Source of the DNA: Lama glama
Lineage: Eukaryota
Direction of reading: 5' to 3'
DNA length: 64,000 bases
Assembly (NCBI GenBank): GCA_028534125.1
Contig: CM052816.1
Coordinates: 97,094,001 to 97,158,000, forward strand
The notes below the pieces were generated by a model, which was not told where the DNA came from, did not search any database, and saw only the letters and a list, made by a program, of their open reading frames with translations. The translations under genes were made by a program, and so were the position numbers. Every line of letters starts with the position of its first letter. The stretch's first letter is position 1. This document shows, piece by piece, positions 35,355 to 49,719 of the stretch.

Positions 35355-38092
35355 CTATTAAGAAAAACAAACAGACGAAAACAATACAACAAAACAACAT
35401 ACACACAGGACTTAGAATTCATGTTTTAGCAAATTTCAGAACCTCTAGTGCATGGATACATTCTGCTCCAGCCAAACGCACACACATTTCAGATACACCT
35501 GCAAATCCAGATTGCATCAAAAGATGAAAAAATAATCCTTATCTGAGAGTTCAGTAAAAGAAAGTCTTCCAAATTAATAGAGATTTCTTATTTTATACTA
35601 AGCTTTAGCAAACAGAAAAGAATAGCTGAATAGTAATAATATTTTCTTTGTATTTCTGGGGTCAGCATGGATAATCTGATATATGACTTCTATTTTTTTT
35701 TAGTAATTATTCACAGAAAGAGACAGTATGCTAGAGATTAATAATCATGGGAGACATAAAAATGAAGCAGGGAACTTAATTTTTACAAGCTACTCTGGTA
35801 TATGAATAATAATACACGTTCATATAGCTTTCTGGCAGGCATCTATTTTTATCCCTCCTTTCATAGAATTTTGTATCACAAAGTCATAACACAGATGGAA
35901 ACCCTTGGTCAAGTGCCCCATCTCCCGTTAAGTCCAGGCAGACATCAGGAACCCATCCCTGCCCAAGTTCTCACAGTGCTGGCTGGGGCCCTCCGTCCTC
36001 ACCACAACCTTCTAGGCAACAGCCACCCACCTATCTTTGCTGCCATGTGTGGTGGTCCATTTTACATGTCAACTTAAAGGTTCTGTTCTTCTGGAGAACC
36101 CTGCCTAATACAGCATCCAAGGAGAAACCTAATGCCGTCCCCAGGGGAATCCTGCATACACTGACCAATGATTATTTCCCACAAGTAACTGTACTGAGAC
36201 TTGAAATAGAAAAGTTGACCACACATGAACACCATGCCACATAAGCAGCCTAGCTCCTACTTAATCAAGCGTAAGTATCAGGTAATCAGCTTCTGCTTGT
36301 CAGCTGAACTTGCTTTGAGATTTTCCCGCTTCCCCATAGAAGGTTCATGGGCTAATTAATAAGAGGAACTGAGAAAGTCCTAAAGTGCTCGGGTGGGCTT
36401 TGAAGTCAGCCACCCACACTGGAATCCTGGCTCCCTTCAGTCTAGTGAGCTCCCTCCCCTCCAGACCTCACGTTCCTCATCAGCCCCCAGGGGCACCAGT
36501 ACCCATCTTACAGGCTCTCTTGGTCACTTGGCCAAAGATTCATGTACCTGGTGCAGAGCCTTACACACAGGAAACACTTCATAAACGGCACTCACAATTC
36601 TTAGCATGGACTGCACGGTGATAAGAAAGGGGATGGAGCGAGGAAGCCAGAGAAGAAGATAAGACAACGTGGGCTGGTGAGTATCATTAACAGAATGATA
36701 GATCCCTGTGCAAAGGAAAGGCGAGGAGCCAGCATGGCCAGTCCCAGTGGCTGAAGGGCTCAGGACCTCAGAGAACCCTCCAGACAGGAGGTGCTCGTAC
36801 CTGGGGCTCTTTCCTCCTAGCAAGCCAGCGGTGCTGGGAAAATCTGAGCCCGTCAGCCGTAAGGAGGTCACCAGTTTCCCTCTGGGACTGACATGAGCTG
36901 AGACGCGTCACTTTACTGTCTCACCAGGACTACGTTTAAGACATGAAATTCCTTTTGGAGCCCACGGCAGCACCACTGAAGTGGCTTAGGGGAGCGGACG
37001 CGTATAAGCAAGGCAGGCTTCCGTGAATTTTAAACCCATTCCCCGCCATGGCCTATTGACGATACTGACAGGATACTGACCAGTTACTAAACGTGGTGCG
37101 ACACGGCCAACAGCCTAAGAGGCTGGTGCAGGGTGTTTTTAATTTTCACGTTGCTTCGTGAACATCCTATTACTTTACAATTTCAGGGGTCTCAGAAAAC
37201 CACTATGACGTCTCCCCGTTTTACCTGCTAACCCCAGTACATCTAAACTGGGAGTAAAATGGGAGCTCCCAGGACAGGATCTTACAGTAGCTTCATCAGT
37301 GTAACCAGTCAGAACCCAGGCCCCCCTACGTTCCCAGGTAAGGGCCCAGATGCCCCAAACACACCAAGCCATCTCAGGCCCCTCTCACTGATGGAGAGTG
37401 AGAGGTAAGACCCTCTTTACGCAGTTGAGGGGCTGGCTGGGTTTTCAGTTAATCACACAGAAAACATACACAGGCAACCTAGTGGGAAAAGTCCTTTTCT
37501 GGGACTCATCACACTGACGCATTTGAACATTGGTTTAGGGGTAGAAATGCTGTCTACCTGCCAGACCTGGAACCTTCTTGGGAATAGTGGGTAGAGATGG
37601 GGACTTGAAGGAAGCGACACGAGGGAAGGCTCCCACTGTGGACTGGACAGTGTGTTCGGAAGTCCAGAACTAAATGGACCTAGCAAATGACAAGACACGA
37701 CCCAGCCTGTTGGACAGACTCGTGCACCATTCCATGGGTGCCTTTCTTCCTTCTGATGTTCTCCTGTCAACCGGGAAGAACTGTATCCTGCTGTCTTGGA
37801 TTTCATTCAGATTTCTCAAAAGCCGCTTTTATTTATCTCGCCCCAAAGAACTGTCGACTCCAGTGTGAGTCCATCTCTCCTTTGTGGGCCACTCACAGGC
37901 CAGGGCGGTTGGGCTCCTGGAGTTTGAAGGGTGCATTTCACTGTCTACAGATCCATGCCTGGGTGCCTTGCTCTTTGGGTGAGTGCAGGAGAGGACGGGA
38001 GGAAGAGGAGTGTGCAGCGTGGAGGGACCATCGGAACAGGTAGAATAAAACTCCAGGATGTCTTCCTGGCACAGTCGGATCCATTGTGTTGA

Positions 38093-38487
38093 TTGTATGA
38101 GTTTCCGAGAGTTGCTGAAACAAAGGGCCACAAACTGGGTGGCCTAAAACAACAGAAATCTACCAGTTCTGGAGGCCGGAAGTTCGAACTCAGTTTCCAG
38201 TAGGGCTGCACTTCCTCTGAAACTTGCAGAAAAATCATTCTGAGCCTCGTCCTGCCCTCGGTGGTTGGCTGGCCACTGCATCACTCAATGTCTGTCTTCA
38301 TCATCACGTGGCCTTCTCCACGGGTGTCACTGTCTCCACGTGGCCATCTTCTTATAAGGATACTGGTCATGTTGGGATGGGGCCCACTTGACTCCAGCAG
38401 GGTCTCATCTTAACTAATTACCTGTGCAGTGACCCTATTTCCAAATAAGGTCACATTCTCAGGTACTGGGGGTTAGGACATCAACTG
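38093..38487 (-). mobile_element. MaLR solo LTR (MLT1C-like)
   Basis: CCACAAACTGGGTGGCCTAAAACAACAGAAAT...CAGTTCTGGAGGC...CCCTATTTCCAAATAAGGTCACATTCTCAGGTACTGGGGGTTAGGAC. Confidence 0.85.
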
Positions 38488-40009
38488 TCTCCTTTTAGGC
38501 AATGCAATGCATGCATCAGTTGTATCGGCCATTTATATAAAAATATCAGCGAGCTGGTGTGAGCCCCCCGCCCCCAAGTGTTAAGGGTGAAATCCTCTTT
38601 GGCCTTGCACATCTCAGAGCTGTGCCTCACTCTGTTACAAAGTACGGAAGACGGAGCTAGTGTAACTGAGGAGGGTTCTAACGCTAGGATTCTTGACAGT
38701 TTGAGCCAAAATGTGACTTGATATTCTATTTTTCATACTTAAAAACTGGGCTCTGGAGACAGACACCCAAATGTGCCTGTAGCCACACACTAATTTACAG
38801 CTGGCCCTCACCCTGAGGCTGTAATGGAGTAATCATTCTGGCCCTCAAGTTTCGAGAGTCCAAGGGAACAAAGAAATCGAACCAATTGGGTTAGAGAAGC
38901 GGGATTTCTTGGTGAACCAGTCTTTAATCTAAAGGCAAACAGCCCCGTGAGCTAAATGTGACATTATTCATTACTCTCAGGAGAGGATGCAGCCCAGGTG
39001 TGTAGACACAAACATAATTACGTTTAAAAACATGCTTTCTAGGTGATATACGCCTCTATTTGTTAAGAAAAGTACCTTAAGAAATCTAGTTTCTGTTGTG
39101 TTGGTAACAATTCACAAACTGAGGGAAAATCAGATCCTCCCAGGTCCCTCACTGGGATCAAAAGTAGGCTGACCTCTGGGCACCTGACCCCCTGAGGTCC
39201 AAGGGTCATAAAGAAAAGTCCCACAAAGGGACCAGGGCTACGGCTACCTCCCTTCCACGAGGCCCTCATGCTCCGCAGCTGATGGATCCTTTCACTTCTG
39301 GCTTCGCCATGTTCTACTAGTAAGTTAGGGAACGCCTGGCTTTGCTGACAAGAGTCCTCTGAATCCTCAGGCATCTTCCATGTCAAGTGAGGCAAAAGGC
39401 TAAAGTTTGGGCCAACATGATGATGCTGTAAGGATGAATCCACTGAACTTTGCTCAGTCCAGGACTGAGACTTCAATTACAGCATCAGAAGATGACACTG
39501 GCCAAAATAGAACAAACAAAAATGTCCCAGAATGGAAACGCAGGGGTTAAAATGCACAAGGTGAAATAAAGACAGCTGATTGCCCAGTCAGTATATCTTC
39601 CTCTACATAGAGGAGCCTGTGGGTCTCTGCTTCCAAACTCTCCTTCCGTCTGAGTTGCCAAGACAGCGGGTGGGACCCAGCCAGGTGACGCTGGCTGGCG
39701 ATGAACACGGGGATGACAGCTCAGCCAGAATTCCCGTACCTACTGCTCAGATTCAGCAGCAAACCTATTTTCTGATGGGTGGTCTGCTTGTTTCCAATGA
39801 CTGCCTGAGCTATGGGCGGAAGGGAGAGTTCTAAAACAGCTCAGTCATTTAAAAATACACCAGTCCTTTCCACTGACTGGAAATGCATCTTTAATGATTA
39901 AGAATACACATTAGTATGTTTTCTTGACCAACTAAGTCACCCCCAAGTCAGGGGTGGGAGTGATCTGTGTGGACAGGTTGTGGTTTTTTGACATACTCCA
40001 AAGTTATTT

Positions 40010-43000
40010 TCTTTCTGGTTTTATTGAGATATTATTAACGTATAACACTGTGTAAGTTTATGGGGTACAATGTTTTGATCTGATACACATGTAGTGAAAT
40101 GATGATCACTGTAGCATTAGAGAACACCCTCATCATCTCACATAATTACCATTTCCTTTTTGTGGTGAGAATATTTAAGATCTATTCTTTCAGCAACTTT
40201 CAAGTACATAATAAAGTACTGTTAACTATAATCACTGTGCTGTATATTAGATCCCCAGAACTTACTCATTTTATAACTGAAAGTTTGTGCCTTTTGTTCA
40301 ACATCTTCTGATCCATGAACATGGGATATCTTTGCATTTGTTTATGTCTTCTTCAATTTCTTTCATCAAAATCTTATGGTTTTCAATGTACAGATCTTTC
40401 ACCTCCTTGGTTAAATTTATTCCTAAATATTTTCTTGTTTTTGATTCCATTGTGAATGGGATTGTTTTATTTCTTTATCAGATATTTCATTGTTAGTGTA
40501 TAGAGACACAACTGATTATATGTTCATTTTGTATCTTGCAACTGAGCTGAATATTTTTTATTAGTTCTAGGAATATTTTTGGTGGCATCTATAGGATTTT
40601 CTATGTATAAGATCATATCATCTGTGAACAAAGACAATTTTACATCTCCCTATCTGATTGGATATCTTTTATTTCTTTTCTTGCCTGATTGCTCTGGGTA
40701 GGACTTCCAGTACAATGTAGAATAAAAATGGCAAGAAAAGCACCCTTTTCTTGTTCCTGATTTTAGATGAAAAGCTTTCAACCTTTCCCCATTAAGTACA
40801 ACATTAGCTATGTGTTTGTTACATGCCACTTTTATCATATTGAGGTATGTTCCTTCTATACCCAATTTGTTGAGAGTTTTTATCATAAGATGTTGTATTT
40901 CATCAAATGCTTCTCCTGTATCTACTGAGATAGATGATCATATAATTTTTATCTTTCATTCTATTAACGTGGTGTATCACATTTACTAATTTGCATGTGT
41001 TGAACCATCCTTGTATCCCAGGGATAAATCCCACTTGATCATGGTGCATGATCCTTCTAATGTGCTGTTCAATTTTGTTTGCTAACATTTTGTTAAAAAT
41101 TTTTGCATCTAAATATCTATATTCATTGGGGAAATTAGTCTTTTTTTTTTCTTGTAGTGTCCTTATATGGTTTTGATATCATGGTAATGCTGGCCTCATA
41201 AAATGAGTTTGGGTTTGTTTCCTCCTCTTCATTTTTTTGGGAAAAATTTAAGAAAGATTCGTGTTAATTCTTCTTTAAATGTTTGGTAGAATTCACTAGT
41301 GAAATCATCTGGTCCTGAGCTTTTCTTTGTTGGAAGTTTTGGTTACTGATTCAATCTCATTTCTCATTACTGGTCTGTTTAGATTTTCTATTTCTTCATG
41401 ATTCAGCCTGGGTAGGTTGTATGTTCCTAAGAATTTATCCATTTCTCTTAGGTTGTCCAATTTGTTGGTGCATGATTATTCATAGTAGTCTCTTATGACC
41501 CTTTGTATTTGAGTAGCATCAATTATAATGTCTCTTCTTTCATTTCTAATTTTATTCATGGGTACTCTCTTTTTTCCCCCTTAGTCTAGCTAAAGGTTTG
41601 TTCATTTTGTTTATCTTTCCCAAAACCAGTTCTTAGCTTCACTGATCTTTTCTATTGGTTTTTTTAGTCTCTATTTTATTTATTTCTGGTCTGATCTTTG
41701 TTATTTCCTTCCTTCGGAACTTCGGGCTTAGCTGTTTCTTCATTTTCTATTTCCTTGAGGAGTAATGTTAGGTTTTCAATTTGAGATCTTTCTTTTTTCT
41801 TAATGTAAGCATTTGTAATTAAAACTTCCCTTTTGAAGCTGCTTTTGCAGCACACTGTAAGTTCTGGTGCATTGTTTTCCATTTTCATTTGTTTCAAGTT
41901 ACATTATTTTCCCTTTTGGTTTCTTCTTGACCTATTGACTGTTCAGGAGTGTGTATTTTAACTTCAACATATTTGTGAAATTTCTAGTTTTCCTCTTGTT
42001 ATTGATTTCTCATTTCATACCATTGTGATTGGAAAAGATACAGGGTATAATTTCAATCAGTGTTACTAAGGCATGTTTTGTGACCTAACACATGATGTAT
42101 CCTGGAGAATGTTCCATGTGTGCTTGTGAAGAATGTGTATTCTGTTGCTGTTAGATGGAATGTTCCATACATGTCTGTTAGGACCATTTGGTCTAAAGTA
42201 TATAGTTCAAGCCCAATGTTTCCTGTTCAACTTTGTTTGGATGTTCTATCCATTGCTGAGAGTGGTGTGTTGATGCCCCCTACCATTATTGCATTGCTAT
42301 CCACTTCTCTTTTCAAATCTGTTAGTATTTGCTTAATGTATTTCAGTGCTTTGATGTTGGATATGTATACATTTATGATTTTTATATCTTCTAGATGAAT
42401 TGACCCCTTTGTCATTACATAATGGCCTTTTTTGTCCCTTATTACTATTTTTGGATTAAAGTCTATTTTATCTATGTAAGTATAGCTAGCTCTGCTCTCT
42501 TTTGGTTTCTACTTGGATGGATTATCTTTTTCCATTCCTTTACTTTGAGTCTATGTATGTTCTTAAAGCTGAAGTGAGTCCTTATAGACAGCATATAGTT
42601 GGCTCTTGTTTTTGTTTGTTTTTTAGTTTTTTGTTTCTTAAATCCATCTAGCCACTTTGTACCTTTTAAAGGAAGAATTCAATCCATTTACACTTAGAGT
42701 AAAACTGATAGGTAAGGACTTACTAATGCCATCTTATGAATTGTTTTCTGGCTGTGTTTTAGTTCCTTTGTTCCTTTCTTCCTTGATTTTATGTTCCTTC
42801 AAGTTTTGTACTGTTATCTTCACACTTGAAGCAGCAGTCACTTCCTGCAGCCTTTACTAACTGTCTTCAGGGCTTAAATACCTTCCTTCCACCCTTCTAG
42901 TGCTTTAACGCTTTCTGTACCTTCTCTGGGTACATCGCTCCACCTTTCTTGCTCCCTCTTGTGGCGGATTTCTAAGCTTGTATGCCTTCTCTCCATCCTA

Positions 43001-43932
43001 CAACGCACCAGGCCGACTGAAGGCAGTCTCCCATTTCTTTTCCAAACAGAATTTACTAAAGTCCAAGTCTGTGGTCTCTCCATGGCCCTCAGATTTGGGC
43101 CAGCCTCCTGTGCGTGCAGTTGCTGTCTGCCAAAGCTTGCTCTCGATGCTGCCATCGGGAGGGGATACGCGCAGGGAGCTGACCGTGGGGCAGGGGTGCG
43201 TGTCAGGCATGTGGAGCGATGTAGGTGCCTCTGGGCCGGATGGGGGAATCTGTGGGTGAGGTGTTCCCAGAGGCTTGTGGGTGGGCTTCTTGATAAAGGC
43301 TCCGATGCAGTTAGCAGGGTGTCCCTTTAATGCCCTGAGAGTCGTATCAGCCACTCCCCCAGCTTCTTCCTAACCCCAGTCATGCAGCTCAGGACTCACT
43401 CTGGATGGGGCAAGAGAGACATGGCCTCTTGCCGGGAAAGAGCCAGCGAAGCCAGGGGCTCACACACATGCTCCCGTTTTCCCTCGCAGGAGAAGCCAAG
43501 GACCCAGAATGTCTCTCTTGGTCTTAAGCTGTGCCATCTTAGGAGAGGGGTGATGTGGAGAGAGTCACACCGTTTCCCTTACCCGCTTCAGCGAGTCCAG
43601 CCTCTTCTGCCCCAGCGGTGTGCTGGGCCCCCTCCTCTGGAAACCCGGGCTTCTACAAAGGCTCTTTCGTCCATGGGCCACTTTTCCAGGGGCTCCATGG
43701 CTGAGAGAGGCTGGAGTGAATCACATGCTCCTTCAGGGTCCATAGCCAGGGTCAAGGTCTGTACGCTGCTACCCAACACAAGGGTAGGCAGGACTCCTTC
43801 TGGATCCAGCATGGGCTGGGTCCCACAGCTCCTACAAAGGCACTTTTGTCCATGGAGAGATTACAAATTATTGTAGGGGGTGAAAATGAGGGATGTCTTA
43901 TTGTGCCATGGTGTTGACATCACTGCTCCCCC
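40010..43932 (-). mobile_element. Old L1 (L1MA-like), same sense as the gene, with internal deletions
   Basis: 3' UTR at about 40010-40300. Decayed ORF2 at about 40305-42720, with track peptides [34 protein letters not shown] and KYIKQILTDLKREVDSN. A GC-richer 5'-UTR-like part runs to about 43930. Many stops and frameshifts. Confidence 0.85.
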
Positions 43933-44858
43933 ACCCTTCGGGGTCTCCACAGTTCCTCAAGGTGTTTCTAACACAGGAGTCAACCCTGGGCCACTAGCTC
44001 CCGGTCAACAGGTTCCTAGGTGCACTGTAGGAAGTCAACCTCCAAGTCTCCTTTTGGCCTCTGGTGAGACACAACTGTCTAACAGAGAGATTCTGTAAAT
44101 TCTTGAGAGCAGAAACTATTTTATTCATCTCCACGTGCTTTGACTCCAGCAATCAGGCCTGAGACACACAGAGTGTTCAATGAAAGTGTGTTGTAAAAAC
44201 AAATGAATGAATGCGCCAATCACTGTGTTGGTTTAAGACCTAAGGGATTTCATTTCTAGGGACTTTTCCCTCCCTTGGCTGGACACAGATGCGCCAGAAC
44301 CCTATGCAATCTTCCAGAGAAGGAGGACCAATGTCATCCAAGGACAGACGGCTGTAAACCTCATGCCTTTTCAGAGTGTTATTCACAAATGCCAAGCAAA
44401 ACATTCTGGGGCTGCAAACGACTAATGTAATAAAGGATAGGCTCTTGCCTAGAAAAGAGCCCTGGAGGCAGCTTCAGGTCAGGAGAGATAATAAAAATGG
44501 GGCCGGAGAGGTAGTGCTGGCCCTTTGCTATGGAGATAAAGATGCGCCCTGATTAACGCAGTCAGGGTTTCACTCTGTAGAGAAGAGAGGTTTTAAGTGG
44601 GAAGAACTGGTCCTTCTGTGCGATCAGATACTGTGGGGCTGTGCTCTGGGCTTTGGCCTCATAGATTGAAGAGTAGATGATAAAAAGTAAGTATCCTTTC
44701 CAGTCTATGGGCCCAGGCTCTGTGAAATCTCTTTCCTTCCCTCATTCTCAAGACAAACAAAACAGCCTAAAAATTGAGTATCTTCCTGCAAGCGAGTTCA
44801 AACCACAGGGCTTTTTCTTTTTTAGGTTAGATTAAAAAGTCGCTCACTAATAGTTGCC

Positions 44859-44935
44859 ATGTATGTATGTATGTATGTATGTATGTATGTATGTATATAT
44901 GTATGTATCTAGCTATCTAGCTATCTAGCTATCTA
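44859..44935. repeat. Compound microsatellite (ATGT)n followed by (CTAGCTAT)3
   Basis: Direct reading. Confidence 0.9.
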
Positions 44936-47900
44936 ATAAATAGTATTGAGCTATACCCCATCCCAGTTGCTTTTAAAGGAAGAAAAGAAAGCTTGGTAGA
45001 ATTTCAGTGGCCCTAAGGCAACTTGAGTTTTTGTTAAATTAGGTGGCTCAGACCACCCGCCTCCTTCCTCTGCCTCCCAGCTCCCTGAGACTGGTGTCAG
45101 CCACAGAGAAGCAGACAGGTGTGTTCCTTGCTGGGGCTGGCACTGGGTGGGGGCATGAGGAAGACGAAGAGAAACTGGGATATTACATTTGAAAGTAATT
45201 TCCAATCTTTTCAGTATTATTTTGGATAGATGATGGGCTTGAATTCAAATCCGGAATAAATTTCTTTTTCATTTAAAAGAGGAGACTTTAAAGAAATGTC
45301 AGGTGTTTTGGAACACCTTGGGACCACCTGCCCCAGGGTGGATGTGCACTGCTCCTGCCTCTCCGTGGAGCATAATCTCTGCTGCAGATCTTCCTCCAGG
45401 CTTTCTGGTGAGCTCGGCGCCAGCTGATCTCTAACTGGGACACTGTCAAAATATTACAACATGTCGAAGTCTAGCCTGGGGGTTTTCCATGAGACACCGG
45501 AAAAACAGACAAGGCAGAACAATTCCACACGGAAGCAGCTTAACTCGTGGCTCCCAGTGACACTTGTTCTTTTGAGCATTTCCATCGTTATCCTTGATTT
45601 GGAGCTGTTGCTAAGCTCAGGAAGTTAAATGTACGCAGACATTTCTACCAGCGACAATCCAGAGCTTCTGAATGACGGTGGGTCCTGGATATCACTGCTG
45701 CTTACTTATGCATCTTATTTATATTCTGTCCACAAAGTATTCATTTCATTAGGCTAAGTGTCCACACAGAGCTGGTTAATAGGCTGGATTCCTTGTTGAC
45801 CCCTCTGCCCCCAATCTCCATCCCCCACACCTCTTCAGAACAGAAGACATATTTCTAGCACTCAGGGATTAACATAATGGGGAATGATAATTCTCATCCC
45901 TTGAGACTTTCCAGTTCTGCAAGAAAAAAAAAAAAAACAAAAAACCTCACAGGAACAATCTGATAATGCCTTACAGACTCCAGAGTAAGCTTTTGTCATG
46001 GGAAGGGAAAAGTGTCTTCAAAACGAAAACAGTTTCCAGCAATATCAATGGTCATCACCATCACCATCACCGAGTAGGACATCTGGCATCCTCAGCAGTG
46101 CTGGCTGAGGGCTTTGGGAGACCACATCATGGAAAAGAGCCAGAATCGCTGTTGACTGATTCAGCAAAACATCTTGTACCACAGACAATATGGAGGACTC
46201 TTGTAAATGCCAAAGAATTAAGAAACATATTTTTCCAGACTTTCTAAATACCAGACACTTCTGAGCTTCCTTCACCATGAGGTACTGATCAGAATCACCT
46301 GATGGCAGGTGAAGTGAAGGACGAGGACATCACTGGCCTCCATTCTAATGGATATTTTAATGATGCACTCCCTCAAAGTAGTCTTTCGTTCTCCTGAAAA
46401 ATTGACTTTCTGCATCCATGAATCTCTAAGAATATCTTTGATATTATGTTCTGAATTACTCATTGGTTTGGAGTTTCTCTAGTGCCTTCTCCTCGTGTTT
46501 TCTGTACAGAGTCAGCAACAAATTCCCTGTTGGGTTGTCCATTTTCAATGTCAAATCTGGCTCAGAAAAGGCCCCTGAAACATGGTGAACTCACAGGACA
46601 ACACCACTGTCCAAACTGTGTGTTCAGAAGATGGCCCAGCACCACCCTATAAACAGACATGCCCTCTCCAAGCTTCCTCTTGAAATTTAAAGGTTTAAGC
46701 AAAACTGATGTTGATTCTGAAAAGTCACATCTTCAAGGAGCCTCTGGCTTCGGGGAAGCAGGTGAGGTGAGACATTTTTCTGTCCAGCATTTAGGCTCTA
46801 ATGATAATTCAGGACCACACACCTGCCTTTTATTCATTCATTCAACAGATGCTTATTCAGCCTGCTCACCGGATGCCAGGCACAGCTGTGGGCACTGCAG
46901 GTACCGGGTGGTACTTGGTTCAGACCTGCTCTTGCCTTGATTTGAGAGTGTCTAATAAACTCCTCAGTGTGTGGACCACAGGAAAGAGGCGAGCAGACCA
47001 CAGACACTGGCGACAATTCATCCAGAGGGGTGCTCTCCACTTTTCCGGCGGGGAGGGCTGCTCAGTCCTCATACACACCCAGAGATGATAGCTCAGTGGC
47101 CATGCGGGGTCAGTCCAGAGGCTGAGGTGGGCAGCAAGGACACTGACTGCCACAGCCATGCATGATCCCAGAAGGACCAGAGCAAGGATAGGAAACCAGG
47201 AGTGAAAAGGAAGCAAGGACACAGTGAGCAGAAATAGGTCAGAAAAGGGATAGGACCAAGAACGTGACTTCAGTGACACAGGACCAGCTCGATCAGAGAA
47301 GGAGGTGCTGCCCGCACTGTGTTAAGCCGGCTCCTTCCCTCCTTGAGGGGCACCCCTGGCCTTGGGACTGAAGGATGTCCACTCTCAAAGCACCATCTCA
47401 GACCAGCTTGATTGGCTGATTGATTGATTCAGGATCCTAGTTTCATATCTGAAAGAACTGCATCAACAAAGCAGATAAAGGATGAAAAATCCTCCATCAG
47501 TTGTTTGATGAGGGGTAGTGTCTCCTGAATCTCAGAAAAGAGAAAGAAAGCATGACATTGATGGGCTTCAGCTCCGGCATGAGTCACAGGGCTGCGCCAA
47601 ACACACACTGAGGTTGGAGGAATTGGAATTCCAAGCTCTGGCTCTTGAGGTCTCTCTTTTTGGGGTGGGTTTTACACGCATATTACAGAAAGACCGTTTA
47701 TTTTGAGGCATTATGTCAGTAATTTCATCTTTTGGCAGAGGAGTGCTTCTGAGAATATTGTGGCAGCTCATACAGGAATCAGAAAGTGCCAGAACCTTAC
47801 GGCCAAGATTAGACAGACAGGAACACCCATCCTAGAGGGGATGCTGGCTTACTAAGTGACGGCAGGTCCCCAAGGCTTTTCATGTCAGTCCTCCCTAGCT

Positions 47901-49094
47901 TTCAGGTTATTATAAAGATAAAACCAAGAGAGAAACACAAAAGATCTTGAACGAAACGAAAGAGCTCGACAGTCAGACTCCTCTTCTTCAACCAAACCCT
48001 TACTCTACCGCTGCCGCGGTTCTAATCAGAGGTGGTGCGTCTCTCTCGGATCCCCAAAGTAATTCCCTCCCCATCAGGAACTTGCTAATCTAATTTCTTA
48101 TTCAGCTTCGGATGAGTACCATACTCAGGAGCTTTAAATTTAATAAAGGGAAATTTAGTAGCGTCCTCAGCTGTGAGTAACGATTGATAATGCTGCATTT
48201 ACTTAGGGATTCGATCCAGGCTTTCTGGATACAGTCGAGAAATATTAAAGCATGTTTGGCTGGCAATTTTGAGAATTTATTGGAAAATTAACTTCTGATT
48301 GCATTCTCATCTTGGCTAAGGAATCATAAAGTTTCCTTAATGCAATTATGTATTTTTGCAACTCCACTACCCCAAGCTTGACTACAGGTTAGTAGGGTTT
48401 CATGGTATGGAGAACGATGAAAATTAAATTAGGTGAAGAGAATGCATTGCAATTGTGTTTCTAAAAGTATTTTTACTGGTAAGAAATGTTTACATGGTGA
48501 GGCGCCCACCTTCCTGATACCGGCCCCCTCCAGTAGAGAAGTGGCCACGCATTGTCAGCACAAACCATCTTTTCGGAGCAACAGATCTATGCAAATATTT
48601 AAGGCATTTACTTTATGTTAAAAGAAATATAGAAGTATTATGGAGGATTATGCAAAGTATAACAAAGTATAAAAAAGTCTGAAGCCTGGTGGGTCCAGAA
48701 ATAAACCTAACATTTGATACAAAACGTGGTTTTGCTGTTAAGACGTGAAATGGAGAATATTCTGATTAAAACATTTTTTTTTCAGGCAGGGAACAAATAT
48801 TCACAATAAGCTTAGAGATGCAATTTGATCACAGGAAACTTTCCATAAACCCGAGTGACTGGACCCTCACTCTTGAAACACCCAGTCCTAAGGCTAGCAG
48901 AGTAAACACAGTCACATCCTTTCCTGAAAGTCAGTTTCTTCATAGAACAGAGAATTGCCACAGTTGACAGAACTCCCTCCACACAAGGATGTTCTAGGAA
49001 ATCTTCAGTGAGAAATTCGCACTGTAACTTGTGAATGGAACCACTCATTTTTGTGTCTATGGATTCAGCTGTTTTGAACGAGGGGGCCGCACTG

Positions 49095-49290
49095 CCTGAC
49101 AGGGCATATTCTTCAAAGTCTGGAGGCATTTTTGGTTGTCATGACTAGGGGTGGGGGGACTGTGTCTGGCATCTCGTGCTCAGAGGCCAGGGAGGCTGCT
49201 AAATAACCTTCAATGCACAGGACAAACCCGCACCCCCAATCCCCTGGAAATTATTCAGTCCAAAATATGAATAATGCTGAAGGTGAGCAA
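49095..49290. mobile_element. MER20-like hAT DNA transposon relic
   Basis: GTCTGGAGGCATTTTTGGTTGTCATGACT...TGGCATCT...AGAGGCCAGGGAGGCTGCTAAA...CAATGCACAGGACA resembles MER20. Confidence 0.75.
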
Positions 49291-49549
49291 AAAGATTCTT
49301 CTTATCAACATAGTACAGATTATTAACATCGTCTCTCTAAACTATTTCATATCTTCTAGTTATAGACTATAATACCTATCTATGTAATCTATCATAAAAA
49401 CACACATCATCTTCCTGAATCATCACTTCAGAACTCTCACACAACGATTCCCGAGGGCTGTGCTAATTTGCATTTACTCCACACACACTCACGTTATCAA
49501 CATCCCATGAAAGAACAAAGGAAAGAGAAGGGAAGAGGAAGCAGGTTAC

Positions 49550-49719
49550 CTCTCAAACAAGACCTGGCTGTAGTCGTCCAGGAGGTGGGCGTGAGTGTGC
49601 AGGAAGATGGTGTTGTAGGCCACCAGCGCCACCATCATGATCAGCATCTTCAGCTCGTAGTTCACGCGCAGGAAAACCGAACAGGAGATCAACCCCAGGA
49701 TGCAGCTGTATATAAAGTA
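49550..49719 (-). CDS. ADCY2: ADCY2 exon 18 equivalent (transmembrane helices)
   Basis: YFIYSCILGLISCSVFLRVNYELKMLIMMVALVAYNTIFLHTHAHLLDDYSQVLFE(R). AG at 49720-49721, GT at 49548-49549; 170 nt. Confidence 0.97.

Noticed and set aside
46053..46070. CATCACCATCACCATCAC, identical to a common His6-tag coding sequence
   Set aside because: It is a (CATCAC)3 simple repeat. There is no flanking vector, linker or protease-site sequence, and the adjacent ATG is out of frame.
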